The notes under the pieces were generated by a model. The model made no database searches. It saw only the letters and a list, made by a program, of their open reading frames with translations, and was not told the origin of the DNA. Below, one piece after another: positions 60,901-64,000 of a stretch of DNA of 64,000 bases (positions are counted from its first letter, which is position 1; the number at the start of each line of letters is the position of its first letter). The DNA is taken from positions 248,001 through 312,000 of the forward strand of contig BROI01000004.1 of NCBI GenBank assembly GCA_027923505.1, written 5' to 3'. A program made the position numbers and the translations under genes. The stretch comes from Mayamaea pseudoterrestris. Lineage: Eukaryota.

Positions 60901-60997
60901 CCATCTCACAAGCAGATCTTGTTCTTAGAGGCAATCAACCATCGGAAAAGCAAACTTTCTAATTGATCAGTTTTTTACAAATCCCTACTCTCAAATC

Positions 60998-63662
60998 ATG
61001 ACGAGATATAGCAGTCTATGCGTCTGTCTGTATCTAGCGGGAGCTGCAACGGTGACAGCCTTTGCACCTTTGACAGCTCGACCGTCGTCTCTTCTTCGTC
61101 TTGATGCAACTGCACCACGCACCTTGTACGACAAAATCTGGGACGACCACTTGGTCGATGACGATGGCATGTCCCGGCTCCTCTACGTCGACCGCCACTT
61201 GGTGCATGAAGTCACTTCACCGCAAGCATTTGAAGGTCTTCGCATTGCCGGACGAGGAATTCGACGACCTGACTGCACCTTGACGACTGTGGATCACAAC
61301 GTTCCAACCAGCGATCGCACTAGACTGGTTGATGTTGAAACATTCATTGAGGAAACTGCTAGTCGGACGCAGGTTTTGCAGCTGGAGCAAAATGTTCGCG
61401 ATTTTGGACTCAAGTATTTTTCATTTGCGGATGAGCGACAGGTGAGCGACGAGTGGGACTGGATTGGAATGGATTGAATGAAATGGATGGCATTATATTT
61501 TGAATTTATGCTTACGCCTTTTACTTCATTCATGTTAGGGTATTGTTCACATTATCGGCCCGGAGCAAGGCTTTACGCTGCCAGGTTGCGTCACGGTATG
61601 TGGAGACTCGCACACTGCCACGCATGGAGCCTTTGGAGCGCTAGCCTTTGGAATTGGAACGTCAGAGGTGGAGCATGTTCTTGCAACTCAGGTATGTCTC
61701 TTACGTGTATCGTGCATGTAAATAATGTGAGCTGTGTTGGCTTTCGTGGGACAAACCTTGCTCATTTTCTTTCCAACAGACCCTGGCGCAAACCAAGACG
61801 AAGAATATGCTCATCCGCGTCGACGGAAAGTTAAGCGACGGTGTTACGTCTAAAGATATCATTCTTCATATTATTGGTTTAATTGGTACGGCCGGTGGCA
61901 CTGGGTATACCATTGAGTTTGCCGGAACAGCTATTGAAAGTCTTTCGATGGAAGCGCGCATGTCCATTTCCAACATGGCCATTGAGGCTGGTGCTCGGGC
62001 CGGCCTCATTCCTCCTGATGATATCACATTTGACTACTTGAAAGGTCGTCCCATGTCGCCGTCCAACGAAGAATGGGACGCGGCTGTGAAATACTGGAGA
62101 TCGCTCCGGTCTGACGAGGGTGCATTCTACGACGAGACGGTATTGATTGATGCGGACGATATCGCGCCAACAATTACCTGGGGCACAAGCCCGCAGGACG
62201 TTGCTCCCATCACGGGAACTGTGCCATTAATCGCTTCCGTCGACAATCCAGCGCGACAGGTACGTTTACATGATCGATGATATGGACTGGGTTGTTCTGC
62301 CAATTCGCAACTGACATTTTATTTACCCACTTGCTTTTTCAGGCCGCCATGAAACGATCACTTGAATACATTGGACTCGAGGAAGGGCAGAAACTGGAAG
62401 GAGAGCCTATTGAAAAGGTTTTTATTGGATCATGCACGAACGGCCGTATTGAGGATCTTCGCGAGGTTGCTGCGATTGCCATGGGCCGCAAGGTTGCAAA
62501 GGGAGTACATGCCATGGTTGTTCCTGGATCTGGCCTTGTGAAGAAGCAAGCCGAAGACGAGGGTCTTGACAAGATTCTAATGGAGGCTGGATTCGATTGG
62601 CGCGAGCCTGGATGCTCCATGTGCTTGGCCATGAACCCCGACAAGCTCAAACCACAGGAGCGATGTGCATCCACATCGAACCGCAACTTTGAGGGCCGAC
62701 AGGGTAATGGCGGACGAACACATCTCATGTCTCCCGCCATGGCGGCCGCTGCAGCGTGCAGTGGAACTCTGGCAGATGTCCGCAAGTTTCCGTATTTGGG
62801 TGATCCATCCGCCGATCCTCGTGTAGTGGGCATCGAGCAGAGTCGGGCATTTACTACGGAATCGTACAAGAATCCGGGGCCAATCATCTCACCCATCCCT
62901 CCGTATTTGGAGAAGAGCGGAGCTTCTACAGGCGGAGCGGCTGGACTTCCCAAATTCACGTCGCTCACTGGCGTTGCTGCGCCGCTGGACATTCAGAATA
63001 TTGACACTGACATGATTATTCCCAAGGAATTTTTGAAAACGATTCAACGCGCTGGACTAGGTTTTGCTGCCTTTGCTGAGCTTAGGTATGAAAACCCTGA
63101 AGAAGTTGCAACGATCGGCGAGGAGGTTGCCAGACCCCGAAGCGATTTCGTTTTGAACAAGGACGGTTACCGAGGCAAAACTCAGATTCTTGTTGCTGGG
63201 GACAATTTCGGCTGTGGGTCTAGTCGCGAGCATGCTCCCTGGTCCATTAACGATATGGGTATCAAGTGCATCATTAGCACATCGTTCGCCGATATATTTT
63301 ACAACAATTGCTTCAACAACGGCATGCTGCCCGTGACCCTGCCGCGCGAACAAGTAGAAGTCTTGCTCGCAGACGCAGCGTCTCCAGGAACGGAAATTAC
63401 GGTCGACTTGATTAACCAAAAGGTTGTTCGACCAAATGGCGAAGAATTTTCATTTGAGATTGATGCATTCCGCAAGGACTGCCTCGCGAACGGACTCGAC
63501 AAGATTGGCTTGACACTTGCCAAGGCGGACAAGATCTCCGTGTTCGAAAAGACGAGAACGGAGAAGTACCCCTGGCTGGATGGCGCTACATACAAGGTTC
63601 CTGACGTTGTCCCAATGTATCCGGATGCAGGTTACTGGGCCAAGGAGGCTGTCACTGCCTAA
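60998..63662 (+). CDS. leuCD: 3-isopropylmalate dehydratase with fused large and small subunits, plastid-targeted; introns 61442-61538, 61692-61779, 62260-62342
   Basis: Signal plus VTAFAP. LeuC motifs [44 protein letters not shown] and [12 protein letters not shown]. LeuD motifs NIDTDMIIP and [11 protein letters not shown]. Confidence 0.96.
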
Positions 63663-63783
63663 AAAGCAGAAAATGATATCCTGTGCTGCTTGCATTTTTT
63701 GCGTCAATTATGAAAGCTACTCTTGCCACAAACAAAGTAAACCTTAACATGGGTAGCATTAAAGAAACTTTACACGTCACTAC

Positions 63784-64000
63784 TTATATTTTTGCCGCTT
63801 TATCCTTGTGCTCAGCGGCAAGACTCCTCGCTTCAGCCGCTCTCGCATGTCCCTCCAAGCCTTCCAAGCGAGCCATGACGATGCTGTCATCTACCATTGG
63901 CTGACTCGCCAGCTTGTCATCCACCCGCATCCACGTGCGAATTCGTAAAAAGTTAAACACGCTTAATCCTCCCGTGTATCGCCCTGTTCCGCCCGTGGGC
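63784..64000 (-). CDS. hisD: Histidinol dehydrogenase, C-terminal end (gene runs off the window)
   Basis: Manual minus-strand translation: PTGGTGRYTGGLSVFNFLRIRTW...MARLEGLEGHARAAEAR...KI*, matching the HisD C-terminal signature. It is not in the ORF track. Confidence 0.88.
   Translation of the reverse strand, partial: PTGGTGRYTGGLSVFNFLRIRTWMRVDDKLASQPMVDDSIVMARLEGLEGHARAAEARSLAAEHKDKAAKI

Noticed and set aside
60998..64000. leuCD-hisD as an operon-like amino-acid biosynthesis cluster
   Set aside because: The genes are convergent, leuCD contains introns, and they belong to different pathways. The adjacency is probably coincidental.

Overview
Gene-dense eukaryotic nuclear DNA, almost certainly from a raphid pennate diatom. 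The evidence is short GT-AG introns, bipartite 'AF' plastid-targeting presequences, a frustulin-like gene and a CoDi-type copia element. About 23 protein genes are present: SWIB protein, a giant NB-ARC/STAND-TPR protein, kinesin-13, organellar ProRS, plastid LPAAT, bL19, GT60 GlcNAc-transferase, syntaxin-5, HSF-like factor, full-size ABCG/PDR, PDZ-PPR, frustulin-like, double-NIDO protein, LETM1, TOP3B, MYST HAT, fused LeuCD, the 3' end of HisD and several hypotheticals. Non-coding highlights are (i) two inverted 42-bp tandem arrays of a TGACG-containing unit next to gene starts, plus an exact 17-nt solo copy in a third promoter; (ii) a ~0.9-kb element with 32-bp terminal inverted repeats splitting TOP3B; and (iii) a deleted copia retrotransposon with a CCATC target-site duplication. 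All family assignments come from motif recognition by eye; no database searches were run.
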